Shown: positions 1 to 11,086 of the stretch, one piece after another
How the letters are laid out: each line of letters starts with the position of its first letter
Numbering within the stretch: the stretch's first letter is position 1
Sequence record: DRR378314_772
DNA length: 38,469 bases
Strand: one strand, 5' to 3'
Notes under the pieces: generated by a model
Told to the model about the DNA's origin: nothing
The model's input: only the letters and a program-made list of their open reading frames with translations
Databases searched by the model: none
Translations under genes and position numbers: made by a program

Positions 1-28
1 TGTGCTCTACCAGCTGAGCTATTCCCGC
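1..28 (-). tRNA. tRNA-Gly, 5' portion only (truncated by window edge; probably GCC isoacceptor)
   Basis: Reverse complement of 1-28 is GCGGGAATAGCTCAGCTGGTAGAGCACA, the acceptor stem and D-arm of tRNA-Gly. orn followed by gly tRNAs is the E. coli arrangement. The anticodon lies outside the window. Confidence 0.9.
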
Positions 29-46
29 TTCGTCAGTGCGGCGTGT

Positions 47-74
47 ATTCTACTGATACCACCGATAAGGTCAA
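47..74 (-). promoter_or_regulatory. sigma70 stable-RNA-type promoter for the tRNA-Gly gene
   Basis: Minus strand TTGACC (74-69), 16 nt, TAGAAT (52-47), then a GC-rich discriminator-like ACACGCCGC shortly before the mature tRNA 5' end. Confidence 0.7.
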
Positions 75-96
75 TAGTTTTCGCGCCGCAATTGGT

Positions 97-648
97 TTAT
101 TTGCTGAAAAAATGCTCGCGATAGTGCTGTAATTCTGCAATAGACTCGCGAATATCCGCCAAAGCCTCATGCGCACCTGACTTTTTAAAGCTATTAGCAA
201 CTTCCGGATTCCAGCGTTTGGCCAGCTCTTTTAATGTGCTGACGTCTAAGTTCCGGTAATGGAAAAAAGCTTCCAGTTCAGGCATATGCTTTGCCAGAAA
301 ACGGCGATCCTGACAGATACTGTTACCGCACATTGGCGATACGCCAGCGTCAATGTACTGCTTTAAAAACTCAATCGTCTCTGCAGCCGCTTTACGCTCG
401 TCGTGCTGACTCTCCTTTACCCGCTCAACGAGACCGGAGCCGGTGTGCGTTTTCACATTCCAGTCGTCCATTCTGTCCAGGTACTTTTGCGGCTGATGAA
501 CCGCAATAACAGGGCCTTCGGCCAGAGTGTTTAACTGGGCATCGGTGACTATGGTAGCCACTTCAATAATATGATTCTCATCAGGCTCCAGGCCTGTCAT
601 TTCAAGGTCAATCCAAATTAAGCGTTGTTTCTTATTGTCCTCGGTCAT
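97..648 (-). CDS. orn: Oligoribonuclease
   Basis: [35 protein letters not shown] and H.AL.DIRESI.EL DEDDh motifs. Confidence 0.98.
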   Translation of the reverse strand: MTEDNKKQRLIWIDLEMTGLEPDENHIIEVATIVTDAQLNTLAEGPVIAVHQPQKYLDRMDDWNVKTHTGSGLVERVKESQHDERKAAAETIEFLKQYIDAGVSPMCGNSICQDRRFLAKHMPELEAFFHYRNLDVSTLKELAKRWNPEVANSFKKSGAHEALADIRESIAELQHYREHFFSK

Positions 649-717
649 TACCCTGCTCTCTCAATACAATTTGTTGTATGATAGCGTCATTTCTAGCACG
701 ACAACAGGTTAACGGGC

Positions 718-1761
718 TTGGTAAAACGCAGACGTCTTAATAAAGGTCAGCAACGGCAAGTATCAGTCAATCAGAAAAAACGACTGAAAAACACCGATAT
801 AGAATGGACTGACAGCCAGCTTAATGCACCGGAGCCCGGTCGCGTTATAAGCCGCTTTGGCCAACATGCCGATATCCGTGACGAGCAGGGAAATACCTAT
901 CGCTGCCATATTCGCCGAGTCATCAGTAGTCTGGTCTGTGGCGACAGTGTTTTATGGTCCAGATCTTCGGTTGAGCAACAAGGCATGCAGGGTGTTGTGG
1001 TTGCCGTTCAGGAGCGCGACAGTTTGCTCTCGCGCCCCGACTACTACGACGGCCTTAAACCGGTTGCCGCTAATATTGATCAAATCTTTATTATCTCGAG
1101 CGTATTACCAAGCTTCTCCTCTCCGATTATCGATCGCTACTTAGTCGCCTGCGAAGACATTGGCATAGAACCGGTTATTGTCCTGAATAAAGCCGATTTA
1201 CTGCCGGAAATAGACGAAGACGAGCGCAACCATATCCAGCAGCGCTTAAAAGACTACGAGAGTATTGGCTATAAAGTCCTTAACGTCAGCAGCGCGACTC
1301 AGGATGGTCTGGATGCCCTGCAGGACATGCTGAAAGACAGTATTTCTATTGTGGTTGGGCAGTCCGGGGTGGGTAAATCCTCGCTGGTCAATCAACTGTT
1401 ACCTGAGGTGAACGCCGAGACGAATTTAGTGTCCGATAATTCAGGATTAGGACAGCACACAACCACCGTCGCAACTTGGTATGATTTAAAGCAAGGCGGT
1501 GCACTGATTGACTCTCCTGGAATTCGGGAGTTTTCATTATGGCATCTGGAACCCGAGCGAATCGCTCGTTGCTATGTGGACTTTCGCGACTATTTAGGCG
1601 GCTGTAAATTCCGTGACTGCAAACACGCAGACGACCCAGGTTGTGCATTACAGGAAGCTGTCAGCAACAATCAATTGCATGACTGGCGTCTTTCTAATTA
1701 TCATCGCATTATTGAGACTATGAAAACACAAAAGCCCAGTCGGGCAATTCGAGGTAAATAA
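718..1761 (+). CDS. rsgA: Small ribosomal subunit biogenesis GTPase RsgA (TTG start)
   Basis: Circularly permuted GTPase motifs [28 protein letters not shown]-terminal [12 protein letters not shown] zinc finger; divergent from orn. Confidence 0.97.
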   Translation: MVKRRRLNKGQQRQVSVNQKKRLKNTDIEWTDSQLNAPEPGRVISRFGQHADIRDEQGNTYRCHIRRVISSLVCGDSVLWSRSSVEQQGMQGVVVAVQERDSLLSRPDYYDGLKPVAANIDQIFIISSVLPSFSSPIIDRYLVACEDIGIEPVIVLNKADLLPEIDEDERNHIQQRLKDYESIGYKVLNVSSATQDGLDALQDMLKDSISIVVGQSGVGKSSLVNQLLPEVNAETNLVSDNSGLGQHTTTVATWYDLKQGGALIDSPGIREFSLWHLEPERIARCYVDFRDYLGGCKFRDCKHADDPGCALQEAVSNNQLHDWRLSNYHRIIETMKTQKPSRAIRGK

Positions 1762-1763
1762 CT

Positions 1764-2642
1764 GTGGCTAAGACCGATAAAGTCAAAATATTCTTCCAGC
1801 ATGTCATGCCTAAGCATTTAATTTCCCGCTTAATAGGAAAGTTTGCTGCGGCGCGTGCCGGATGGTTTACTCAGCTGTTTATCCGTTGGTTTATCCGACA
1901 GTATAAAATTGATATGAGTGAAGCCATTGAAGAATCGCCAAAAGCTTATAAAACCTTTAATGCGTTTTTTACCCGCCATTTAAAACCTGAACTCAGACCC
2001 TTAGAGGCCAGCGAAAGCGAGCTGGCTCATCCGGTCGACGGTGCTGTCAGCCAATTGGGCGACATTGAAAACGGACGTATTTTTCAGGCCAAAGGCCACG
2101 ATTATTCGTTACAGGAATTACTGGGAGGCAACGAAGACGACGCGAAACCTTTCGTTGACGGTAAATTCGCGACTATTTATTTGGCGCCGAAAGACTACCA
2201 TCGTATTCATATGCCCTGCGACGGCGTGCTGAAAAAAATGATTTATGTGCCAGGTGACTTATACTCCGTTAACCCGTTAACGGCGGCTAATGTCCCTAAC
2301 CTGTTTGCCCGAAATGAGCGCGTGGTTGCCATTTTTGATACCGAAGTTGGCCCCATGTCATTGGTATTGGTTGGCGCTACAATTGTTGCCAGTATCGGTA
2401 CTGTATGGTCTGGTACCATAACGCCTCCTACCGGCGGGCGTATTCAAAGTTGGTCATATCCAACCTCAGGGCACTCTGCTATACACCTTAAAAAAGGTGA
2501 GGAAATGGGTCACTTTAAACTGGGCTCGACCGTTGTGTTGACCTTTGCTAAAGACGCCATTGAGTTTGACGATGAACTTAAACCTCAATCAGTGACCCGC
2601 ATGGGTGAAGTCATGGCAGAAATAAAAGAGAGCGACGATTGA
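1764..2642 (+). CDS. psd: Phosphatidylserine decarboxylase proenzyme (GTG start)
   Basis: [28 protein letters not shown] and FKLGSTV self-cleavage motif; follows rsgA. Confidence 0.97.
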   Translation: MAKTDKVKIFFQHVMPKHLISRLIGKFAAARAGWFTQLFIRWFIRQYKIDMSEAIEESPKAYKTFNAFFTRHLKPELRPLEASESELAHPVDGAVSQLGDIENGRIFQAKGHDYSLQELLGGNEDDAKPFVDGKFATIYLAPKDYHRIHMPCDGVLKKMIYVPGDLYSVNPLTAANVPNLFARNERVVAIFDTEVGPMSLVLVGATIVASIGTVWSGTITPPTGGRIQSWSYPTSGHSAIHLKKGEEMGHFKLGSTVVLTFAKDAIEFDDELKPQSVTRMGEVMAEIKESDD

Positions 2643-3367
2643 TTTTATGGGCTCACCGAGGAGCCAGTTATGAGGCTCCGGAAAACACGCTCGCCGCGTT
2701 CTCGCGCGCAATGGACAGCGGAGTGCATGGCATAGAGCTGGATGTTTACGCCATTGACGGTGAGCGTTTTGTCTTTCACGACCGGTATTTAGAACGCCTG
2801 ACCGCCACCCCGGGCAGATTAAAAGATTTAACCGCAGAGCAAATTCGGCATCTGAAAGTCTTCGGTCAGCAGTCTATACCCACGCTGCGAGAAGCTTTAG
2901 CTCATATTAACGGACATTGTCATGTCAACATCGAGCTTAAAGGCGATGTGCCGACCAAAGAGCTGTTACTGGACGTTGATTACGCTCTGCAGAACTCGAA
3001 TTTTAAGCCCGAGCAACTGCTGGTTTCGTCTTTTAACCACCATTGGTTACAACGCCTTAAAAAGCGTCGTCCCAGCATTAAAATTGGAGCGCTAAGCGCC
3101 AGCTGTCCTTTGAGCTATTGTTACTTTGCAGAAGAACTCAAAGCCTTCTCCGCTCATTTCGCTGTCGACTTTGTCACTCCGGAACTGGTGGCAGATGGTC
3201 ATCGCCGGGGCTTACAAGTTTATGTCTATACGGTGGATGGTCAGCACGACATTGAAGAACTGCACGCAATGGGAGTCGACGGTATTTTTACCAATCACCC
3301 TAGTTATGCACAAAACGTCGTTGCCGGCCTGACCACTGCTGGCAACGAACCTATTCTACACTATTAG
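2639..3367 (+). CDS. Glycerophosphodiester phosphodiesterase (GDPD/UgpQ family)
   Basis: [38 protein letters not shown] start overlaps the psd stop. Confidence 0.92.
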   Translation: MILWAHRGASYEAPENTLAAFSRAMDSGVHGIELDVYAIDGERFVFHDRYLERLTATPGRLKDLTAEQIRHLKVFGQQSIPTLREALAHINGHCHVNIELKGDVPTKELLLDVDYALQNSNFKPEQLLVSSFNHHWLQRLKKRRPSIKIGALSASCPLSYCYFAEELKAFSAHFAVDFVTPELVADGHRRGLQVYVYTVDGQHDIEELHAMGVDGIFTNHPSYAQNVVAGLTTAGNEPILHY

Positions 3368-3379
3368 CACCGCAGACCA

Positions 3380-6300
3380 TCAACTATGATGGTCTGGATA
3401 CTCTTCCTGTAAAGATTCCAGTTTACGCGTGATAGCCATTGGTGAGCTGGTATTCTTCGCCAGAGCGATATACAGAGCAGGAATAACAAATAACGTCAAA
3501 AATGCTGACACTGCAACCCCGGCAAAAATAACCGTACCAATGACCATACGGCTTTCAGCTCCCGGCCCAGAACCGAGGATAAGTGGCACGGAACTCATTA
3601 GAGTTGTGAACGCCGTCATCACAATCGGTCGTAAACGCTGTTGCGCAGCTTTAAGCACAGCTTCTTTGAACTCCACTCCTGAATCACGCAACTGATTCGC
3701 AAATTCAACAATAAGAATACCATTTTTCGCTGCCAGACCAATGAGCATTACTATGCCTATCTGACTGTATATATTGATGCTCATTCCGGCCAGATACAGC
3801 GCCATTAAAGCCCCAACTATAGCCATAGGTACCGCCAGCATAATGACCAACGGATGAATAAAGCTTTCAAACTGCGCAGCCAGAACCAGGAAGGTAATGA
3901 CCAATGCCAACCCAAAAACAAAGACAATTGAACTACCACTCTCTTTGTACAGTTGAGACTCGCCTTTATAGTCAATTGAGACATCTTCCGGCAGTTTTTC
4001 CTGCACCACGCCTTCCAAATAACTCAACGCTTCACCCAGTGAATATCCCTCAGCCAGATTCGCTTCAATGGTGACACTGCGCATACGGTTGTATCGGTTA
4101 AGTCGGGCTGAAGTGGCCTGCTCAGTAATGGTTACGAGGTTAGAAAGCGGAATCAATTCGTCACTTTTACGCGAACGTACATAGATATTATCTATGGCGC
4201 TGGGGCTACGGTAATCGGCTTTTTCGCCCTCCAGCATCACGTCATACTCTTCACCGCGATCAAGGTAGGTTGTCACTCGTCTTTGGCCTAATACAGACTG
4301 CAAGGTGATACCTATATCCTGCACTGAAACTCCTAAATCAGCCGCGCTGGCTTCATCCACCTGAATCAGTAATTGTGGCAAAGTTTCTTTATAGTCACTG
4401 TCCAGATCCTGTAAACCCGGGTTGGTAGAAGCTTCCTCAATAACAATGTCACGAAATTCTGCTAAGCGCTCGTAGGTATTCCCCTGCAACACGAACTCGA
4501 CTGGACGGCCGCCTCCACCGCTAATACCACTCCGCATAAAAGCGAATGCCTGTACGCCGACAACCGAATCCAACTGAGAGCGCATTTCTTCCATAAGATC
4601 AAAACTTGACCAGTCACGCTCGTCAAACGGAACGGCACCGACGATGGCAATACCGGCGCTACCACCCCAACCGGGAGCACGAACAATCAAACGGTCAATC
4701 TTGCCTTCATCAATATAAGGCAAAAGAATCTGTTCTATTTCGTCCATATGTCTGGAGCTGGACTCGAAACTTGCGCCTTCGGCACTGCGCACCTGAATGT
4801 AAAAAGTACCGCGGTCTTCAGGTGGTGCGAACTCTTGTGGAATAAAGCTGAATAAACCAAACGCAACAACGCCCGACATAACCACCAACACGATTGCCAT
4901 CATAGGCCGCTTCACGCTTTTCTCAAGCACGCCACGGTAACCTTGTTCCAGCCAGTTGAAAGTCGCATCAAAAGCCTTACCAAATTTACTGGTACGCTCT
5001 TTTTTACTCAGTATTTTAGAGCTCAGCATTGGCGTTAACGTCAGTGCAGCAATACTGGAGAAAGCAACAGCAGCGGCTATGGCAAGGGCAAACTCCGTAA
5101 AAAGCTTACCGATATTTCCGTCTAAGAAAGCCAACGGTACAAATACCGAAATCAGTACCAGGGTTGTCGCAATAACCGCAAAGCCCACTTCTCTGGCTCC
5201 ACGATAAGCAGCCAGAACCGGAGGCTCTCCCTCTTCTATACGGCGGTATATGTTTTCCAGCACGACAATAGAGTCATCAACCACCAGTCCAATAGCCAGT
5301 ACCAGCGCCAGCAAGGTTAACAAGTTTATGGAAAAGCCCAGTGCGAATAGCACTATGTAGGACGCAATAATCGCCACAGGCACAGTCAGCGCAGGAACAA
5401 TAGTTGCTCTTATATTTCCTAAAAACAGGTAAATAACGACAATAACCAGTGCCATCGCCACAGCCAGAGTGTTATAAACTTCGTCAACTGAGCCCTGAAT
5501 AAATATCGACGAGTCATAGCTGGGTGCCAGATACATGGTTTCAGGCAGGGTTTCCTGAATTTTTTTCATTTCCCGGTGAACGTTCTTCACCACATCCAGG
5601 GTGTTGCCCTTCGACTGTTTAATGACACCGACACCAACCATGTTAACGCCATTACCCCGGAAGTCGGTTTTGTCATCTTCTGCACCCAGTTCTACCCGGG
5701 CCACTTCACCCAACCGGACTAAGTAACCGTCGTCGCCCTGTCGTATCACCAAGTTTTTAAAGTCTTCCGGCGATAAATACGCGCGTGCCATACGAACCGA
5801 GAATTCTCTGTCGGTTGACTCAACTTCACCTGCCGGAAGCTCAACGTTTTCTTCTCGCAAACGGCTAACAATATCGGTTACCGTCACCTGCCGTGCCGCC
5901 ATAGCATCACGGTCCAGCCATACACGCATGGCGTAACGGCGGTCACCACCAATGACTACCCGTGCGACACCGTCGGCAACTGACAGACGGTCTACGATGT
6001 ATCGCTCCGCGTAGTCAGTCAGCTCTAGTATCGACATGCTCTCGCTGCGAAGGTTATACCAGACAATGGTACTCTCATCGCTTGAGGCCTTTGAAACTTC
6101 AGGGGGATCAGCTTCTTCCGGCAGGTTATCAAGTACCCGGGACACCCGCTCACGAACGTCGTTAGAAGCGGCATCAATGTCGCGAGTCAGATTAAACTCT
6201 ATACTGATACTGGAGCGCCCGTTGCGGCTGCTAGAGCTAATGTTTTTAATGCCTTCTATGCCACTAATACGGTCTTCGACTAACTGCGTGACCTGAGTTT

Positions 6301-6478
6301 CTACAACTTCGGCAGAGGCACCGGGGTAGTCTGTATCAATAGTAACTATGGGACGATCAATATCCGGATATTCTCGCAATGGCAGCATGGTAAAAGCCAC
6401 AATACCGAAGACCACCAGCAGAATATTCAGTACGGTTGCAAAAACCGGACGTTTTACAGAAAGGTCTGACAACAACAT
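3380..6478 (-). CDS. RND efflux transporter permease (AcrB/AcrD/AcrF family)
   Basis: 1032 aa; RPVFA N-terminus, GLVVDDSIVVLEN, GLAAKNGILIVEFAN, RLRPIVMT. Confidence 0.96.
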   Translation of the reverse strand: MLLSDLSVKRPVFATVLNILLVVFGIVAFTMLPLREYPDIDRPIVTIDTDYPGASAEVVETQVTQLVEDRISGIEGIKNISSSSRNGRSSISIEFNLTRDIDAASNDVRERVSRVLDNLPEEADPPEVSKASSDESTIVWYNLRSESMSILELTDYAERYIVDRLSVADGVARVVIGGDRRYAMRVWLDRDAMAARQVTVTDIVSRLREENVELPAGEVESTDREFSVRMARAYLSPEDFKNLVIRQGDDGYLVRLGEVARVELGAEDDKTDFRGNGVNMVGVGVIKQSKGNTLDVVKNVHREMKKIQETLPETMYLAPSYDSSIFIQGSVDEVYNTLAVAMALVIVVIYLFLGNIRATIVPALTVPVAIIASYIVLFALGFSINLLTLLALVLAIGLVVDDSIVVLENIYRRIEEGEPPVLAAYRGAREVGFAVIATTLVLISVFVPLAFLDGNIGKLFTEFALAIAAAVAFSSIAALTLTPMLSSKILSKKERTSKFGKAFDATFNWLEQGYRGVLEKSVKRPMMAIVLVVMSGVVAFGLFSFIPQEFAPPEDRGTFYIQVRSAEGASFESSSRHMDEIEQILLPYIDEGKIDRLIVRAPGWGGSAGIAIVGAVPFDERDWSSFDLMEEMRSQLDSVVGVQAFAFMRSGISGGGGRPVEFVLQGNTYERLAEFRDIVIEEASTNPGLQDLDSDYKETLPQLLIQVDEASAADLGVSVQDIGITLQSVLGQRRVTTYLDRGEEYDVMLEGEKADYRSPSAIDNIYVRSRKSDELIPLSNLVTITEQATSARLNRYNRMRSVTIEANLAEGYSLGEALSYLEGVVQEKLPEDVSIDYKGESQLYKESGSSIVFVFGLALVITFLVLAAQFESFIHPLVIMLAVPMAIVGALMALYLAGMSINIYSQIGIVMLIGLAAKNGILIVEFANQLRDSGVEFKEAVLKAAQQRLRPIVMTAFTTLMSSVPLILGSGPGAESRMVIGTVIFAGVAVSAFLTLFVIPALYIALAKNTSSPMAITRKLESLQEEYPDHHS

Positions 6479-6481
6479 AAT

Positions 6482-7537
6482 TTAACCTCCCTGCACAGAA
6501 ACGGGTACACCGTCACGAAGGCGAACAATACCTTCTATAATAACTTCTTCTCCGGGTTTAAGGCCGCCTGTAATTTCCACAATACCGGGCTTACGTCGAC
6601 CAATAGTGACTTCTTTTTGGCGCGCGCGATTATCCGGTGTTAACACATACACATATTGTCTGTTTTGAATGGGGATAAGCGCTTTTTCCGGCAACAAAAG
6701 AGCTTCATCAATGCTCCGTAGCAAAGTAATTTGCAAAAGCATTCCCGGACGCAGACGTTCATCATCATTGTTAATTTTTGCACGGACTTTTACTGACCGC
6801 GTTACCGGGTCCACACGAGAATCAATGCTGGAAATACGCCCAATAAACTGTTCGCCCGGATATGCACGGCTGCGGGCAATCACTTCCTGATCTACGGCAA
6901 TACTAGCGAAATAACGTTCAGGAACGCTGAAGTCCACTTTAATAGGTTTGATATCATCAAGCGTTGTAAACACATCCCCCGGACTGACCAGAGAACCGGC
7001 GCTTATTTCACGAATACCGACACGACCTGAAAATGGCGCATAAATCTTCATTTCTTTCAAAGTTGCTTCCGCAACTTCTAAATCGGCCTGGAGCCCATTT
7101 ACCCGAACTTGTTGCTCATTAAGTTGTTGTTGTGAGGCTGCATTACCACGACGCAATTCGGTTATTCGTTCCAGCTGGCGTTTTGCTTCGTCTAAACTAA
7201 ATTTGAGTTGTTGTACACGAGCGACTTCTATACGCGCATTTAACTCAGCTAGCAGTTGTCCCTGCTCAACTAAGTCACCGCTTTCAAAATAGATTTTTTC
7301 AACAACGTCCTGAGTTTGCGCGGTAATACGAACCGTTTCATTGGCCATGGCGGTGCCTAACGCTTCAATAGTATCGCGGAACTCACTAATTTCAGCGGTC
7401 TGAGTTTTAACCGGAACCGACTGTTCCTTTCCCTCTTCAACCTTAGTTTCAGGCGGAAACCCAAACAAATACACAGCTGCCGCAGTCAGGACAACGACAA
7501 CAATAGTAATGGGATTAATCCAGGAACGTTTCGCCAT
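6482..7537 (-). CDS. RND efflux periplasmic adaptor (membrane fusion protein)
   Basis: N-terminal hydrophobic anchor, coiled hairpin, IYAPFSG, RVDPVTR, LRPGM, GLKPGEEVI; directly upstream of the RND permease. Confidence 0.95.
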   Translation of the reverse strand: MAKRSWINPITIVVVVLTAAAVYLFGFPPETKVEEGKEQSVPVKTQTAEISEFRDTIEALGTAMANETVRITAQTQDVVEKIYFESGDLVEQGQLLAELNARIEVARVQQLKFSLDEAKRQLERITELRRGNAASQQQLNEQQVRVNGLQADLEVAEATLKEMKIYAPFSGRVGIREISAGSLVSPGDVFTTLDDIKPIKVDFSVPERYFASIAVDQEVIARSRAYPGEQFIGRISSIDSRVDPVTRSVKVRAKINNDDERLRPGMLLQITLLRSIDEALLLPEKALIPIQNRQYVYVLTPDNRARQKEVTIGRRKPGIVEITGGLKPGEEVIIEGIVRLRDGVPVSVQGG

Positions 7538-7587
7538 GCTTACCTCTAGGTTCTTTTTACAACGGTTTTAACATGGACTATTGTACG

Positions 7588-7610
7588 CAAAACACCGCCT
7601 AAAGGCGGTG
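7588..7610 (-). terminator. Intrinsic terminator after hemE
   Basis: Minus strand CACCGCC-TTTA-GGCGGTG followed by TTTT. Confidence 0.6.
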
Positions 7611-7645
7611 CACTTAACGAGGATTCTGGCGGTTTAATCGCAAAT

Positions 7646-8722
7646 TCAATCGTTTGAATGAAACGCGGGGCTGTATTTGTGAATAGCTTCAATAAAAGCA
7701 GCAGCATGCTCCGGATCTACTTCAGGGTGAATTCCATGCCCCAAATTGAACACATGGCCAGTACCTGAACCATAGCTTTGTAATATGCTTTGTACTTCTT
7801 CCTCAATCCGCGCTGGTTTCGCATACAGTACGCTAGGGTCCATATTTCCCTGCAGCGCGACTTGCCCACCAACACGAGCTCTGGCATCGGATAAATCGGT
7901 GGTCCAATCCACACCCAGCGCATCGGCACCGCTGGCAGCCATAGCTTCCAACCATTGCCCACCATTTTTGGTAAATAAAGTAACCGGCACTTTGCGTCCG
8001 TCGGCTTCCCGCGTAAGACCCGCTACAATTTTCTCCATGTAAGCCAGAGAAAATGCTTTGTAGTCACGTGGTGATAAAACTCCCCCCCAGGTATCGAATA
8101 TCATGACCGACTGCGCACCTGCGGCAATCTGCGCATTTAAATACTGAGTAACGGACTCAGCCAGTACATTCAGCAAGGTATGCATAGCTTCAGGATCAGC
8201 AAACATCAGTTGCTTCACCTTGGAGAAGTTTTTGGTGCTGCCACCTTCAACCATGTAGGTCGCCAGTGTCCAGGGACTTCCGGAGAAACCAATAAGTGGC
8301 ACACTGCCATTCAGTTCGCGACGAATAGCGCGCACAGCATCCATCACGTAACCCAGCTCGTCTTCCATATCGGGCACAGCCAGATTTTTAATAGCGGCCA
8401 TGCTGCGAACCGGGTCTTTAAATTTTGGACCTTCGCCAGCCTCAAAATATAAACCCAGACCCATAGCATCGGGAATGGTCAAAATATCACTGAAGAGTAT
8501 AGCGGCATCCAGGTCGAATCGACGTAACGGTTGCATGGTCACTTCACAGGCCAGTTCAGTGTTACGGCATAATGACATAAAGTCGCCAGCCTGACCGCGC
8601 ACTTCTTTATATTCAGGTAAATAGCGCCCAGCCTGACGCATCATCCAGACGGGTGTGCGATCAACAGGTTGTTTTGCCAATGCACGAAGGTAACGATCAT
8701 TTTTAAGCGCCGGAGCGGTCAT
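7646..8722 (-). CDS. hemE: Uroporphyrinogen decarboxylase
   Basis: [39 protein letters not shown]. Confidence 0.98.
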   Translation of the reverse strand: MTAPALKNDRYLRALAKQPVDRTPVWMMRQAGRYLPEYKEVRGQAGDFMSLCRNTELACEVTMQPLRRFDLDAAILFSDILTIPDAMGLGLYFEAGEGPKFKDPVRSMAAIKNLAVPDMEDELGYVMDAVRAIRRELNGSVPLIGFSGSPWTLATYMVEGGSTKNFSKVKQLMFADPEAMHTLLNVLAESVTQYLNAQIAAGAQSVMIFDTWGGVLSPRDYKAFSLAYMEKIVAGLTREADGRKVPVTLFTKNGGQWLEAMAASGADALGVDWTTDLSDARARVGGQVALQGNMDPSVLYAKPARIEEEVQSILQSYGSGTGHVFNLGHGIHPEVDPEHAAAFIEAIHKYSPAFHSND

Positions 8723-8800
8723 AGCGAATCCAATTATTTATCAACATCAATGCCCGGCATTTTATCAGTCCACAGGCATTGGCTCCATGAAAACTTATGC

Positions 8801-9598
8801 TTACCTCTTTTGAGATAGGTCAATCAACGTTCTTGCTATGGTCCCTTCCGGCGGAATATCCGGAAGGCTGTCAAAAGCAAACCAGTCGCCTGTCACCAAT
8901 TCGTGCGGATCAATATGCAATTCGCCTTCTGCCCAGTCTGCAGTGTATCCCATCATTAATGAATGAGGGAAAGACCAGGGCTGGCTTAAATGGTACTGAA
9001 TGTTCTTAACGCGGATACCTGCTTCCTCATAAACCTCTCGCTCTAATGCTTGCTCCAGACTTTCGCCGGCTTCAACAAACCCTGCCAGTATAGAGTGCAA
9101 CCCAGGCTTATGCCGCTTACCCTGAGCCAATAAAATTTTGTCACCTTTGCGAATAGCCACGATAATGCATGGCGACACGCGCGGGTAACAACGGTGCTGA
9201 CACTGGTTACAATGCATCGCCAGCTCCCATTCAATGGTTTGCATGCGGGCTCCGCAGCGGCCACAAAAACGATGAGTATTCAAAAAATCGCTGAATTGCC
9301 GGGCTCTGCCTGCCATCGCAAACTTTTCCATGTCATCCACGGTAAGTAATTGCCGTAAAGGCACGAACTCACCACCAATGAACTGCTCATCCATATAGTC
9401 AGCCATGACCAAATAACAGCTGCGCTCCCGCAGTTCTCCTATTTCCACTACCCGGTAGTCATTTAAGTCTGGAAAGCTCAGATCTTGCAGGCAGCCAAAG
9501 GGGACTTCTCCGCTTTCATCCAGAAAAAGATGGTCAGAGCTCACCACAAACCACCAGGCAGGTTCATCACCCGCCGGTTTTGAATACAAAGTCGCCAT
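8801..9598 (-). CDS. nudC: NAD(H) diphosphatase / NAD-cap decapping Nudix hydrolase
   Basis: FCGRCG..CNQC zinc ribbon, YPRVSP, Nudix box GFVEAGESLEQALEREVYEEAG, SQPWSFPHS. Start placed at ATG 9598 (ORF track opens at 9616). Confidence 0.95.
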   Translation of the reverse strand: MATLYSKPAGDEPAWWFVVSSDHLFLDESGEVPFGCLQDLSFPDLNDYRVVEIGELRERSCYLVMADYMDEQFIGGEFVPLRQLLTVDDMEKFAMAGRARQFSDFLNTHRFCGRCGARMQTIEWELAMHCNQCQHRCYPRVSPCIIVAIRKGDKILLAQGKRHKPGLHSILAGFVEAGESLEQALEREVYEEAGIRVKNIQYHLSQPWSFPHSLMMGYTADWAEGELHIDPHELVTGDWFAFDSLPDIPPEGTIARTLIDLSQKR

Positions 9599-9700
9599 AT
9601 TAATCCCGCGTATCAAATGCGTTTGGTTTTCTGTAAAATCAGTTGAGTTCTAATGCTTCTGAATTTACATTAGGTACTGAAACTATAGACGGAGAGTATC

Positions 9701-10177
9701 ATGTTAAGCCGTAATGAGCAGGCAAAAAAGCGCTGGGGCGGCGCTCATAAAAGTATCGACCTATGGCTATCCGAGCGCCAGGACTTACTGGTGAATTACT
9801 TTAAACTTGCCGCGCTCCCGCCTTATGAAAGCATTCGCTCGGGCTTACCCGACGTCACTGATATCCGTAACTTTTGCGGTCAATTAGTCGACTACGTATC
9901 GAGTGGTCATTTTGAAATTTATGACCAAATTGTGCGCGAAGCTTCATCTCAGGGAAACTCAGTTGATGATTTGGCTGATGAGTTATTCCCTTTAATTTCT
10001 GACACAACCGAAATAGCGTTAGATTTTAACGATAAGTACGGTGAGATAAGCTCAACTGACCACTGTGAAACCTTCGATAGAGATTTATCGGCACTTGGTG
10101 AAGCATTGGAATTAAGAATGGAGTTTGAAGACAAACTTCTCAACCATTTAGACGAGCATAATTTAATAACAGCTTAA
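9701..10177 (+). CDS. rsd: Regulator of sigma D (Rsd/AlgQ family)
   Basis: WGG...IDLWLSERQ.LLV.Y, FC..LVDYVSSGHFEIY, LS.LGE.L..R...ED.L; divergent from nudC. Confidence 0.93.
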   Translation: MLSRNEQAKKRWGGAHKSIDLWLSERQDLLVNYFKLAALPPYESIRSGLPDVTDIRNFCGQLVDYVSSGHFEIYDQIVREASSQGNSVDDLADELFPLISDTTEIALDFNDKYGEISSTDHCETFDRDLSALGEALELRMEFEDKLLNHLDEHNLITA

Positions 10178-10198
10178 GCTGACTTTTATTGAATTTAT

Positions 10199-10227
10199 AA
10201 AAACGCCGGCAATTCGCCGGCGTTTTT
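10199..10227. terminator. Bidirectional intrinsic terminator between convergent rsd and fkpA
   Basis: AAAAACGCCGGC-AATTC-GCCGGCGTTTTT perfect inverted repeat with A and T tracts on the two sides. Confidence 0.88.
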
Positions 10228-10251
10228 GTATAGATGAAAACTCAACTGAGC

Positions 10252-10992
10252 TTATTCGGTATCCGGCTCGTCTTTTTGTACGTTAAGTAATTCAACGGTA
10301 AAAATCAGCGTTGAATTTGGTGGGATTTGACCATCACCCAATTCACGATCTCCATATGCAAGTTCAGACGGGATCACAAAACGGTACTTAGCACCTTCCT
10401 TCATCAACTGCAGACCTTCAGTCCAGCCCGGAATAACTCGGTTTAGCGGAAAAGATGTAGGCTCGCCACGTTCATAGGAGCTATCAAAAACTTCCCCATT
10501 AACCAACGTGCCTTCGTAATGAACTTCTACCATATCGGTTTCGGATGGACTAACACCGTCACCCTCTTTAAGAACTTCATACTGAAGACCAGAATCTGTT
10601 GTTTGAACACCTTCTTTTTTCGCGTTCTCGGCTAAATACGCTTTGCCTTCTTCCGCCGCTTTCTTACCCAATACGTTTTGACGTTGCTCCATAACTTCTT
10701 TGCGCATAGTGTTCAGGATTTTTTCAGCTTCCTCATCACTTAACTGAGGATCACCTTTAACCGCATCCACAAAGCCAGCAATAACAATATCGCGTTCCAG
10801 CATGAAATCCGCTTCTTCCTGACGTTCTAAGTTACGTGCAATAAACCCGCCAACAGAAGAGCCTAGAGCGTAAGCCTGCTTGTCTTTGTCTGTTTTTAAT
10901 TCCGTATCATTCGCCGGAAATTTTTCTTGTGAGCAGGCCGCCAGTACCAGCGCGATAGCTGAAATAGCTAAAGGCTTCATCAGTTGTTTCAT
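10252..10992 (-). CDS. fkpA: FKBP-type peptidyl-prolyl isomerase FkpA (lipoprotein-type signal)
   Basis: AYALG, SGLQYEVL, VHYEGTL.NG..FDSSY.RG, VIPGWTEGLQLM, IPSELAYG; ATG 10992 follows a GGAG RBS; LVLAAC lipobox. Confidence 0.93.
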   Translation of the reverse strand: MKQLMKPLAISAIALVLAACSQEKFPANDTELKTDKDKQAYALGSSVGGFIARNLERQEEADFMLERDIVIAGFVDAVKGDPQLSDEEAEKILNTMRKEVMEQRQNVLGKKAAEEGKAYLAENAKKEGVQTTDSGLQYEVLKEGDGVSPSETDMVEVHYEGTLVNGEVFDSSYERGEPTSFPLNRVIPGWTEGLQLMKEGAKYRFVIPSELAYGDRELGDGQIPPNSTLIFTVELLNVQKDEPDTE

Positions 10993-11086
10993 CGTTTTCT
11001 CCAATTATCGTCTTGCATCCTTTCGGACTATGCCATAATAGTGTTATCTAACAGAACCATACTACACAACCACAAGGAACTTGCCT

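Noticed and set aside
3380-7537. RND pair lacking an outer-membrane channel gene
   Set aside because: Ordinary; many RND pumps use an unlinked TolC
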